This document shows positions 16,860 through 25,519 of a DNA stretch of 64,000 bases, piece after piece. Where the stretch lies: positions 352,001 through 416,000 of the forward strand of contig OZ252100.1 of NCBI GenBank assembly GCA_965248435.1. The letters run 5' to 3'. Source of the stretch: Candidatus Latescibacterota bacterium (GTDB lineage Bacteria > Latescibacterota > UBA2968 > GCA-2709665). The notes under the pieces are model-generated. The model was not told where the DNA came from and made no database searches. It saw only the letters and a program-made list of their open reading frames with translations. Every line of letters starts with the position of its first letter. Within the stretch, counting starts at the first letter, position 1. Position numbers and translations under genes: made by a program.

Positions 16860-18603
16860 ATCTATCCCAAGGAAACGCCAGAGTCGGCGTATTCGCATAT
16901 CTGTCCATCTGGATCACCAGGCGGCTGCCGCACCCGGGGGCCAGCGAAACGGTGAAGTGGGAGTCCCCTATCTGAGTCGTCTCTCCATCCGCTTCTGCGC
17001 TCTCGAATCTGTGTTCGCCGTAGGCCCCGCCCTGCACGACGACACGACGCGGCTCGACCGGGTTCAGATTCACGAGCTGAACGGTCACTGAATCCGCGCT
17101 CATCTTCTCCACAAGCGCAGCCACGTCTTCCGGGACGCCCGCCCGGCGCAGATCCGGGTCGAAATAACGCAGGCGGCAGTGCAGAAGCGAGCCGACCCGC
17201 CCGGTCGGGAGGCCGCCCAGCATCAACTGTGTCAGCCCCTGCGTCACGGCCGGGTTTATCCCGTTCATCACATCAGACAGTCGCGTGTCCGGCGTGCTTT
17301 CATCGTTACGCATCCGCTCCATCTTCTCTCTCACGCTGACGAGGTCCTGTTCCAGCGCCGTCACCGGAAAGTTCGGGTCGTTCCCTTCCAGATAGGCGAT
17401 CCACGGGTTTCCGGAGACGCGCTCCAGATCTTTTCGGTCCATCGACCAGGTGTAGACCTCCAATGCGCCGGGGTTGATCGGTTCGGCTTGAAACTCGTAC
17501 CATCCCTCGTCTCCATACATTCGGGGATACATCGTCCGACCGTCGATCTCCTTCGCGCCTTCGTTCATCCTGTCGATCACGCCCCGCCACACGTCCACGT
17601 AGCGCTGCTCCCCCGTCAACAGCAGCGCGTTCCCGAACCCGTAGTGCGCGCGGGCTTGGAACTGCGGACGGCTCGCCAAACGATCGCTGTCCGGCACCTT
17701 CACTGTGAACGCCCAGCCGTAGACCCCGCCGTACCACTTTCCGTCGCAGGCCCCGCCGATCGTGCCGTCCAGCCCGATGTTGGTCGGGATCAAGCCGTTA
17801 TTGGCCTCGGTCCGCTCCACCCAGGCGTCCGTGTAGTCGACCATCCAGTCCCGGTACTTCTCCTCGCCCGAGAACATGTAGGCGTTCAACGCCAGGACCG
17901 TCGTGCACAGGTTCAGCGGGTGGTCGCCCACCACGTCGTTGTAGTCCTTGAAATGCTCGAGCATCCCCTCGTAGCTGGCCTCCTGGTGGAGCAGCCGGAA
18001 GCCGGACACGTCGATCGGGTCCCCCGCCCAGTCCAGGGCCGTGGCCTTGCGCAGGAGGGGTCCGCGGCTCCCGTTGAACATGCTCTTGATGATTCGGTGT
18101 TCGGGGTCGAAATTATCCGCCTGCGGATCTTCGCCCATGTAGAAGCCGATGAAACGCCGGGTCCGCTCCTGGAAGCGCTCGTCGTAGGGGTCCGACAGGC
18201 CCTGCAGGAAAAAGGCGGCAAACCCCTCTCCATTGTGCATCCAGTCGAACATTACCGGAAACTCCTTGTAATACATCCCTTCCCGGGCCATGGGCACATC
18301 GACCGTCTTCGCCTCAGTGTACTGCCGCAGATGGCCATCCCAGCCCTGCTTGAACAGGTCCAGCACGATGTCATCTGCGCCCAGCGCGTGCAGCACGGTC
18401 CAGTTCAGCTGGTTCTCGGCCGCGTCGTCCGGGCCGTCGTCACCCCCCCAGCGCGGGACACACTGCAGATAACCCCGCTCGTCGAAGTATTTCGCGTAGA
18501 AGGCCTCGCACGCCTGTGCTTCGACCCTCAGCAGCTCGCGCTCCAGCAGGGCCCAGTGCGGCGCTGGCATCGGAGTGTTTATGGTAAGTGAAGCTGGTTT
18601 CAT
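16858..18603 (-). CDS. Conserved-looking hypothetical protein, possible (alpha/alpha) toroid enzyme with a C-terminal beta-sandwich
   Basis: ~580 aa with host-like codon bias, GAGG RBS, acidic WGGDDGPDDAAE motif, DWMHNGEG. Confidence 0.7.
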   Translation of the reverse strand: MKPASLTINTPMPAPHWALLERELLRVEAQACEAFYAKYFDERGYLQCVPRWGGDDGPDDAAENQLNWTVLHALGADDIVLDLFKQGWDGHLRQYTEAKTVDVPMAREGMYYKEFPVMFDWMHNGEGFAAFFLQGLSDPYDERFQERTRRFIGFYMGEDPQADNFDPEHRIIKSMFNGSRGPLLRKATALDWAGDPIDVSGFRLLHQEASYEGMLEHFKDYNDVVGDHPLNLCTTVLALNAYMFSGEEKYRDWMVDYTDAWVERTEANNGLIPTNIGLDGTIGGACDGKWYGGVYGWAFTVKVPDSDRLASRPQFQARAHYGFGNALLLTGEQRYVDVWRGVIDRMNEGAKEIDGRTMYPRMYGDEGWYEFQAEPINPGALEVYTWSMDRKDLERVSGNPWIAYLEGNDPNFPVTALEQDLVSVREKMERMRNDESTPDTRLSDVMNGINPAVTQGLTQLMLGGLPTGRVGSLLHCRLRYFDPDLRRAGVPEDVAALVEKMSADSVTVQLVNLNPVEPRRVVVQGGAYGEHRFESAEADGETTQIGDSHFTVSLAPGCGSRLVIQMDRYANTPTLAFPWDR

Positions 18604-18687
18604 GTTTACCTCTTTCATTATGGTTTCAGATCAATGCGGCCAGGCCCGATCGCTCATACACAGCGTGCGTAGTTGGAGCGAACGGCA

Positions 18688-18721
18688 AATCCCCCTCAGT
18701 CCCCCTTTTCCAAAGGGGGAA
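18688..18721. repeat. AATCCCCC...CCCCCTTT-AAAGGGGG palindromic repeat
   Basis: aatccccctcagtcccccttttccaaaggggga. Confidence 0.6.
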
Positions 18722-18751
18722 GATTGCGCCTTGTGAGTTGCGATTGTGATC

Positions 18752-18858
18752 CTTTCCGTGTCTTCCGTGCTCTTCCGTGTCCCTCCGTGATCCAGCTTCT
18801 GAGGGTGGGATTGGCGGCTTCGTGCCCTTCGTGCTCCTTCGTGTCCTTTCGTGATCCA
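18752..18858. repeat. Two arrays of 9-10-mer (T/C)TTC(C)GTG tandem repeats, each ending in GTGATCCAGC
   Basis: tttccgtg tcttccgtg ctcttccgtg tccctccgtgatccagc; cttcgtg cccttcgtg ctccttcgtg tcctttcgtgatccagc. Confidence 0.75.
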
Positions 18859-19020
18859 GCCTCTACGGGGTGAGGGCCCCACCCTATAACCAAAGCCGCT
18901 CAATATCAAGCCGAATCTCGACCGCTCCTGAAACGCGAGAAATTCGGGTTAGCACGAAGGTGGTGCCCAAACTATATTGATGCGTGGTTCGAAAAACAGC
19001 CCTCCGTGGAGTTATGATCC

Positions 19021-19800
19021 TTGACGCAGAGCGCCAATCAGACAGGTCGAGCGCGCATCCGACAGCCCTGGATCGACCTCTTTCTCGACCCCGGCGACAC
19101 CTGCCGCGCAGGCCTCTGGCTGCCCGAATTGGTCCTCCTGGGAAACAGCGATCGGAGGGCCCACGCCGTCGGAGCGGTCTCGTGGGTGAAGGACGGACCT
19201 TCCTGGCGATACGACCACGCCAATGAGGGGCAGCCCCTTTCGTTCGCGGCTTCGGTCGATCAACTGCCCGGCGGGTGGAAAACCGAGCTCACGCTTCGCA
19301 ATCAGTCTGAGGAGACGCTCCCTCACGTCGTCGGAACCGTCTGCCTTCAGCTCCCCGCGAGCGGCGGTTTCGAGGACCCGGACTGGACAAGAACCCATTA
19401 TCGCAGCGGCGGTGAGTTCCTGACCTACGCGGGACGGGCGTGTGAGGGCGGAGAGGATACCTACAGGATGAGTCTGGTAAGGGGCCGGGATCAGATCGAG
19501 CGAACGGCCCGCCACATCAAGAAATGGGGATTCACTGAGGAGGTCAGTGACGACGGGATCTTTGCCGTCGCCAGCGAAGATGACGAATCTGTACTCACAA
19601 CGACGTGGCAGGCAGTGCATCACCTGCAGGCGAACAGCAAGCCGGCATTTCGGTGCATTCACACCAATCCATACTTCGATAACCTCGAACCCGGCGAGTC
19701 GAAGACCGTTCTGGGCTGCGTGCTGATCACGCACGGCAGCCTGGATGAGGCATGGGCGGAGACGACGGGTGTCATCCAACAGATTGAACAGGAGGCCTGA
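19021..19800 (+). CDS. Hypothetical beta-rich protein
   Basis: 259-aa ORF ending 2 nt before the next ATG, with its GGAGG inside; start uncertain. Confidence 0.6.
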   Translation: MTQSANQTGRARIRQPWIDLFLDPGDTCRAGLWLPELVLLGNSDRRAHAVGAVSWVKDGPSWRYDHANEGQPLSFAASVDQLPGGWKTELTLRNQSEETLPHVVGTVCLQLPASGGFEDPDWTRTHYRSGGEFLTYAGRACEGGEDTYRMSLVRGRDQIERTARHIKKWGFTEEVSDDGIFAVASEDDESVLTTTWQAVHHLQANSKPAFRCIHTNPYFDNLEPGESKTVLGCVLITHGSLDEAWAETTGVIQQIEQEA

Positions 19801-19802
19801 CG

Positions 19803-21383
19803 ATGGGAGACACGCACAACAGAACACCCGAGGTGGGAACAGAGACCCAGCTGCTCATCGATGATCACGTCGTAGATGAAATCTGGTTGATCAGAAGGGC
19901 GCCGGAGATGCCCGTGAAGCATCTGAACAACCCTGTTTTCGATGACGCTTACGGCAACACGATCATCTACGATGAAGAGGAACGCGTATTCAAGATGTGG
20001 TACGGGATCGGCATACCCGGAACCTACGAAGCCCGCGGCGCGTATGCCGTTTCGGACGACGGGATTCAGTGGGAGAAACCGGACATGGGACTCGTCGAAT
20101 ATGAAGGTTCGAAGAAGAACAACCTGATCGGCACGAACGGGTTCGGAAGCATCATGAAAGACCACTTGGACCCCGACCCGCAGCGCAAATACAAGATGAT
20201 GACGAAGCGGCAAAGCACGGAGGTCTCTGAAGGCAGGGCCTTCGCGGCGTTTTCAGCCGACGGGATCAACTGGCAGGATCACCCCGGAGAAAAAGCGATC
20301 GTGAGGGATTCCGGGGATGGAAACGGGATGGTGCTCTACGACGAAACGATTCGGAAGTATGTCAACTTTCGAAGGCCGACGATCCGGGCCGGAGGGAGCG
20401 TGCATACGGGTGACATCGGTTTTCCGGACGGGCACGTGATGAAAGGCGCGGGCGGGGACGGTCGCTCTGCCCCAGAGGGCATCGGGTTCCCGTCGGAGGA
20501 TGACTTCGTTCTGCACGAGGAGGCGGAGGACTACATCCACCGGTATCTGAGACCCGCGCCCTACGTAAACACGCGGGCCCTGCGCATATTCAAGGAGAAA
20601 TCAGAAGCGGAAAGGGGGGCAACCCTGAAGTGTAACAGAAGGATCGCCCGGGCGGAGAGTGAAGATTTTATCAACTGGACCGAACCGGAGGTGGTCCTGA
20701 GACCGGATGAACTCGATCCACCGAAATTCTACAGCATGGGCGTTTCCAAATACTGCGGGATGTATCTCGGTCTCGTTCAGGTCTACAATGCATGGGGCTT
20801 CCGGAGATATCCGGGCTGCCCTCAGGAATCAGAGACGCTCGACATCCATCTGACATTCAGCAGGGATGGCTGGCGCTGGGAGCGGCTCGCCAACCGTCCG
20901 GTCTTCATCCCGAGGGGCTACATCGGGTCCTTCGACGGCGGGATGATCTGTCAGTCCAATCCACCGCTGATCGAATACGGGGACGAGCTCAGATTCTATT
21001 ATCAGGGCCACTCCGGCAGCCATAACGCACCCTCGAGGGAAGGTGGAATTGGTATAGCCAGACTGCCGAAGGAAAGGATCGTCGCCAGAACGGCCGGCGA
21101 TGAGGTCGGTGCCCTCCTGACAAAACCGTTCAAGTTGACGGGGAAGCGGCTTGCGGTCAACGCGAACGCTTCTAAGGGCTTCATCAAGGTCGAGGTGACC
21201 GACCCGATAGGAAAACCGATAGAAGGATTCAGCGGCGGAGAGGCTGAAGAGATCAGGGGCAACGAGTCCCGGCATCCGGTCGCGTGGAAGGGCGGAAGGA
21301 AACTGGAAGAGATCGCCGGGCAAACGATTCGGCTGAGGTTCTTTATGCTTCAGTCTAAGCTGTACTCCTTCAAGTTCAGTTGA
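19803..21383 (+). CDS. Five-bladed beta-propeller glycoside hydrolase-like protein (GH32-like architecture), copy 1
   Basis: QLLIDD, KHLNNPV, YAVSDDGIQWEKP.GL, SADGINW, SEDFINW, SRDGWRW blades; C-terminal sandwich 'LLTKPF....LAVNA...G.IKVEV...IRLRF.....LYSF'. Confidence 0.75.
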   Translation: MGDTHNRTPEVGTETQLLIDDHVVDEIWLIRRAPEMPVKHLNNPVFDDAYGNTIIYDEEERVFKMWYGIGIPGTYEARGAYAVSDDGIQWEKPDMGLVEYEGSKKNNLIGTNGFGSIMKDHLDPDPQRKYKMMTKRQSTEVSEGRAFAAFSADGINWQDHPGEKAIVRDSGDGNGMVLYDETIRKYVNFRRPTIRAGGSVHTGDIGFPDGHVMKGAGGDGRSAPEGIGFPSEDDFVLHEEAEDYIHRYLRPAPYVNTRALRIFKEKSEAERGATLKCNRRIARAESEDFINWTEPEVVLRPDELDPPKFYSMGVSKYCGMYLGLVQVYNAWGFRRYPGCPQESETLDIHLTFSRDGWRWERLANRPVFIPRGYIGSFDGGMICQSNPPLIEYGDELRFYYQGHSGSHNAPSREGGIGIARLPKERIVARTAGDEVGALLTKPFKLTGKRLAVNANASKGFIKVEVTDPIGKPIEGFSGGEAEEIRGNESRHPVAWKGGRKLEEIAGQTIRLRFFMLQSKLYSFKFS

Positions 21384-21602
21384 ACAATTCCTTGAAAGTC
21401 TTCCCCGCTATCGCGAAAGAGAAGCAATGGGCTGCAGGGTTGTGTTGGTCGGAGGTGGAAGCTACAGCTGGACGCCGAGGCTGGCGACCGATCTCTTCCT
21501 GAAGGAAGGACTCCGCTGCGGCACGCTGGTCCTGGTCGGCCTGGACGAGGCGTGGGCAGAAACGGCAACCGTCATCCAGCAGGTTTTACAGGGGGCTCAA
21601 CG
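21384..21602 (+). pseudogene. Duplication junction: decayed 5' end of the GH4 gene joined to the decayed 3' end of ORF 19021-19800
   Basis: 21384-21538 matches 23184-23339; 21539-21602 matches 19739-19802. Confidence 0.8.
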
Positions 21603-23183
21603 ATGAAAGAATCGCACAACACACATCCTGAGGTGGGAAAAGCGACCCAACTGCTTATCGATGATCACGTCGTAGATGAAATCTGGTTGATCAGAAGAGC
21701 GCCTGAGATGCCCGTGAAGCATCTGAACAACCCTGTTTTCGATCACGTGGGCGGCAACACGATCATCTACGATGAAGAGGAGCGCATTTTCAAGATGTGG
21801 TACGGGATCGGCATACCCGGCACCTACGAAGCCCGGGGCGCGTATGCCGTTTCGGACGACGGGATTCAGTGGGACAAACCGGACCTCGGACTCGTCGAAT
21901 ACGAAGGCTCGAAGAAGAACAACCTGATCGGGACGAACGGCTTCGGATCCATCATGAAAGACCACTGGGACCCCGACCCGCAGCGCAAATACAAGATGAT
22001 GACGAAGCGAAAGAACACGGAGGTCTCTGAAGGCAGGGCCTTTGCCGCCTTTTCAGCCGACGGGATCCATTGGCAGGACCACCCCGGAGAAAAAGCGATC
22101 GTGAGGGATTCCGGGGATGGGAACGGAATTGTGCTCTACGACGAAACGATTCGGAAGTATGTCAACTTTCGAAGGCCGACGATCCGTGCCGGAGGGGGCG
22201 CGCATACGGGTGACATCGGTTTTCCGGACGGGCACGTGATGAAAGGCGCGGGCGGGGACAATCGCTCTGCTCCAGAGGGCATCGGGTTCCCGTCGGAGGA
22301 TGACTTCGTCCCCCACGAGGAGGCGGAGGACTACATCCACCGATATCTGAGACCCGCGCCCTACATAGACACGCGGGCCTTGCGCATATACAAGTCGAAG
22401 GGAGAAGAGGAAAGGGGGGCAAGCCTGCGGTGTAACAGAAGGATCGCCCGGGCGGAGAGTGAAGATTTTCTCAACTGGACCGAACCGGAGGTAATCCTCA
22501 GACCGGACGAGCTGGACCCACCGAAATTCTACAGCATGAGCGTTGCCAAATACTGTGGGATGTATCTCGGTCTCGTTCAGGTCTACAATGCCTGGGGCTT
22601 CCGGAGATATCCGGGCTGCCCTCAGGAACCGGAGACGATCGACATCCATCTGACGTTCAGCAGGGATGGCTGGCGCTGGGAGCGGCTCGCCAATCGGCCG
22701 GTGTTCATCCCGAGGGGCTACATCGGGTCCTTCGAGGGCGGGATGATCTGTCAGTCCAATCCACCCCTGATCGAATACGGGGACGAAATCAGGTTTTACT
22801 ATCAGGGCCGCGCCGGCAGCCATAACGCACCCTTAAGGGATGGTGGAATTGGCCTGGCCAGACTGCCGAAGGAAAGGATCGTCGCCAGAACAGCCGGCGA
22901 TGAAGTCGGCGCCCTCCTGACAAAACCGTTCAAGTTGACGGGGAAGCAGCTTGCGGTCAACGCGAACGCTTCTAAGGGCTTCATCAAGGTCGAGGTGACC
23001 GACCCGATAGGAAAACCGATAGAAGGATTCAGCGCCGCAGAGGCTGAAGAGATCAGGGGCAACGAGTCCCGGCATCTGGTCGCGTGGAAAAACAAAAAGA
23101 CACTCGAAGAGATTGCCGGACAGACGATTCGACTCAGGTTCTTCATGATTCAGTCGAGGCTCTATTCCTTCAAGTTCAGTTGA
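21603..23183 (+). CDS. Five-bladed beta-propeller glycoside hydrolase-like protein, copy 2
   Basis: Colinear paralogue of 19803-21383 at exactly +1800 bp. Confidence 0.75.
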   Translation: MKESHNTHPEVGKATQLLIDDHVVDEIWLIRRAPEMPVKHLNNPVFDHVGGNTIIYDEEERIFKMWYGIGIPGTYEARGAYAVSDDGIQWDKPDLGLVEYEGSKKNNLIGTNGFGSIMKDHWDPDPQRKYKMMTKRKNTEVSEGRAFAAFSADGIHWQDHPGEKAIVRDSGDGNGIVLYDETIRKYVNFRRPTIRAGGGAHTGDIGFPDGHVMKGAGGDNRSAPEGIGFPSEDDFVPHEEAEDYIHRYLRPAPYIDTRALRIYKSKGEEERGASLRCNRRIARAESEDFLNWTEPEVILRPDELDPPKFYSMSVAKYCGMYLGLVQVYNAWGFRRYPGCPQEPETIDIHLTFSRDGWRWERLANRPVFIPRGYIGSFEGGMICQSNPPLIEYGDEIRFYYQGRAGSHNAPLRDGGIGLARLPKERIVARTAGDEVGALLTKPFKLTGKQLAVNANASKGFIKVEVTDPIGKPIEGFSAAEAEEIRGNESRHLVAWKNKKTLEEIAGQTIRLRFFMIQSRLYSFKFS

Positions 23184-23225
23184 ACCTTTCGTTGAAGCTC
23201 TTCTCCGCTGTCGGAAAGAGAAACT

Positions 23226-24584
23226 ATGAGCTGCAGGGTCGTGTTGGTCGGAGGCGGAAGCTACAGCTGGACGCCGAGGCTAGCAACCGATCTGTTCCTG
23301 AAAGAGGGGCTCCACGGCGGCACGCTGGTGTTGGTCGACAAGGATCCCGAAGCCGTCGAACTCCTCAGGCGATACGCCACCCTGCTCTCCGAGAAGATCG
23401 GGACAGGATGGCGCGTCGAGGTGGCCGCCCTCGAGCCGGCACTGGAGGGGGCGGATGCGGTCTGCATATCCATCTCCACCGGCGATCTTGACGCGATGCA
23501 GCTGGACTACTCCATCCCCGAGGCGTTCGGCGTCTATCACACGGTTGCCGACACGATGGGTCCCGGAGGGATCTCCAGATCGCTGCGTAACATCCCAGTC
23601 TTCCTGGACATCGCGCGAAAGATGGAGCGCATCTGTCCCGACACCTGGCTCATCCACGTCACGAACCCGCTGAATCAGCTCACCCGTGTCGTCGCCAAAG
23701 AGACGGCGATCAAGTGCGCCGGGCTCTGCCACGGATACGCCGGGACGGTCGCGTTCTTGGCGACATTCCTGGGTGCGGAGATCGACGAGATCGACGCCGT
23801 ATCAGTCGGCGTGAACCACGGGACCTGGCTCAAGGAGATTACCGTAAAGGGCGCTCCCGTCGACACGTCAAGAGTGACCGTCAGTGATTACATGCGCTTC
23901 GAGGCAGCTCGGGAGGGCCCGATCGAGACCGGGACGACCGACGATGAAATCGAAGCCATGTTTCCGGCAGACACCTCCCTGTCCTATCTGCTTCCATTCG
24001 AGCTGTTCGAGACGCTCGGCGTCTACCCGGTCGGGTCGGCACCGCACGTCGCGGAAAACTTCCCTTTCTATCTCAACGACCTCGAGACGATTCGAAAGCA
24101 CCGCATTCGCCGCAAAGGCGTACTTCCGATGAGAAGGGTCGGCAAGGAAAGCCGAAAACAGCAGATTCTCGACGTGCTCGAAGGACGCAAGGAACTGGAA
24201 TCTTTCAAGGCCTCCCGAGAGGATTTCTCCAGCGTCGTCGAGTCGCTCCACACGGGCAAACCTTCACGCGTCATGGCCACCATGGCGAACGCGGGACAGA
24301 TCACGAATCTTCCACCCGGTGTCGCGGTCGAGACCTGGGCGACGGTGAATCGCGACGGTGTCACCCCTGCAGACAGCGGCGAGGTCCCCGCTTCGGTCCT
24401 CGGCATCCTCCAGCCCGTGATCGCGGAGATGGAGCTGACGGTCGAGGCCGCGATTGAGGGCGACAGAGCGAAGGCGGCCCAGGCGATCTACGTGTCACCC
24501 ATGATGCACCAGAAAGATAGAGCGGTGGAGCTTGTGGATCGGTTGATCGAGGCGACGAAGGAGTATCTGCCACAGTTTGGCTAG
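23226..24584 (+). CDS. Glycoside hydrolase family 4 (NAD+/Mn2+-dependent alpha-galactosidase/glucosidase-like)
   Basis: VLVGGGSYSW, DTMGPGGISRSLRNIP, TNP, GLCH, GVNH, N.GQI.NLP..VAVE. Confidence 0.92.
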   Translation: MSCRVVLVGGGSYSWTPRLATDLFLKEGLHGGTLVLVDKDPEAVELLRRYATLLSEKIGTGWRVEVAALEPALEGADAVCISISTGDLDAMQLDYSIPEAFGVYHTVADTMGPGGISRSLRNIPVFLDIARKMERICPDTWLIHVTNPLNQLTRVVAKETAIKCAGLCHGYAGTVAFLATFLGAEIDEIDAVSVGVNHGTWLKEITVKGAPVDTSRVTVSDYMRFEAAREGPIETGTTDDEIEAMFPADTSLSYLLPFELFETLGVYPVGSAPHVAENFPFYLNDLETIRKHRIRRKGVLPMRRVGKESRKQQILDVLEGRKELESFKASREDFSSVVESLHTGKPSRVMATMANAGQITNLPPGVAVETWATVNRDGVTPADSGEVPASVLGILQPVIAEMELTVEAAIEGDRAKAAQAIYVSPMMHQKDRAVELVDRLIEATKEYLPQFG

Positions 24585-24604
24585 AATTCAAGTTTGGCAT
24601 AACC

Positions 24605-25438
24605 GTGGACGAATCTCACAAACACTCAGACGTGTACTCTCTCTCCGGTCAGGATCACTGGTTAGACGTGCTACGGTCGATTCATATCGGATTGCGCCGA
24701 ATCGTGGCCCTTGGATGGATCCTCTTTGTAGTTGTCATCGCGGATTGGGGATTTCAACACGAACAACTAGCATATGAGACACCGCTGCTTCTTGAGACCA
24801 TTAGGACTACCGGGCTTAAATATTCTGAAGATGGCCAAAAGGCTTTCGAGGAAAGAAATAAAAATGATGCCCTGATCGTGACGGCCCCTCTACGATCACT
24901 ACCACAGCTCCTAACCGAGGTCGACTCCCAAGTAGAAAAAGCACTTCCCCAGCGAAAACACCAGATAGGGATTTTTGAACTGCCTACGGCGGTCTATCGG
25001 TTGGCACTGCTGGCCGCAGCTCCAGCATTGCTCGGATTGTCGCTATTGAGGCTATGGCGAGTGCGCAAGCTTCATGAGATGTTGTCACCCTTGGCAGGTC
25101 CGATGTCTGAGGTTCAGCAGCTACTTAACTCACCGTTCTATGAAAGAGTAACAAAGGTGTACGGAGAGAAGCGTGGTTTGCACCTATTGACAGTTCTTCT
25201 TCTCCATTCACCGCTACTACTGTCCTCCATTTGGTATGTGCCCGGCGTGTTGATATCGAAGCGTGAGAACTTGATCGTAATGGTTACAGAGATAGGTCAT
25301 ATCTTCCCTGCTGACGAGCTGAGGTTCGAAGCGCCAACGCATTTTACGGTTATGTGGATTGTATCCATTCTATTGAGTCTAGCCGGTTCGATAGTTGTGG
25401 CGGCTCTCGCCACGAAGAGGCACGCCGAAAAAAGCTAA
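24605..25438 (+). CDS. Orphan multi-TM membrane protein with atypical (AT-richer) composition
   Basis: Four hydrophobic segments; codon style differs from its neighbours. Confidence 0.55.
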   Translation: MDESHKHSDVYSLSGQDHWLDVLRSIHIGLRRIVALGWILFVVVIADWGFQHEQLAYETPLLLETIRTTGLKYSEDGQKAFEERNKNDALIVTAPLRSLPQLLTEVDSQVEKALPQRKHQIGIFELPTAVYRLALLAAAPALLGLSLLRLWRVRKLHEMLSPLAGPMSEVQQLLNSPFYERVTKVYGEKRGLHLLTVLLLHSPLLLSSIWYVPGVLISKRENLIVMVTEIGHIFPADELRFEAPTHFTVMWIVSILLSLAGSIVVAALATKRHAEKS

Positions 25439-25463
25439 AACCAAATTTGGATTGAGAGGCTCG

Positions 25464-25501
25464 TTTCTTCCGTGCTTCTTCGTTTCTTTTCGTGATCCAG
25501 C
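25464..25501. repeat. 9-mer TTC(C)GTG repeat array ending in GTGATCCAGC
   Basis: ttcttccgtg cttcttcgtt tcttttcgtgatccagc; same family as 18752-18858. Confidence 0.6.
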
Positions 25502-25519
25502 TTTAGCGAGATTCACTCG

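Noticed and set aside
17179-18591. 470-aa plus-strand ORF
   Set aside because: Antisense shadow of the minus-strand gene that has the RBS and protein-like composition.
18752-18858. Short tandem repeats as a CRISPR array
   Set aside because: Units are 9-10 bp with no unique spacers and no cas genes; the same applies to the 7-mer and 8-mer arrays.
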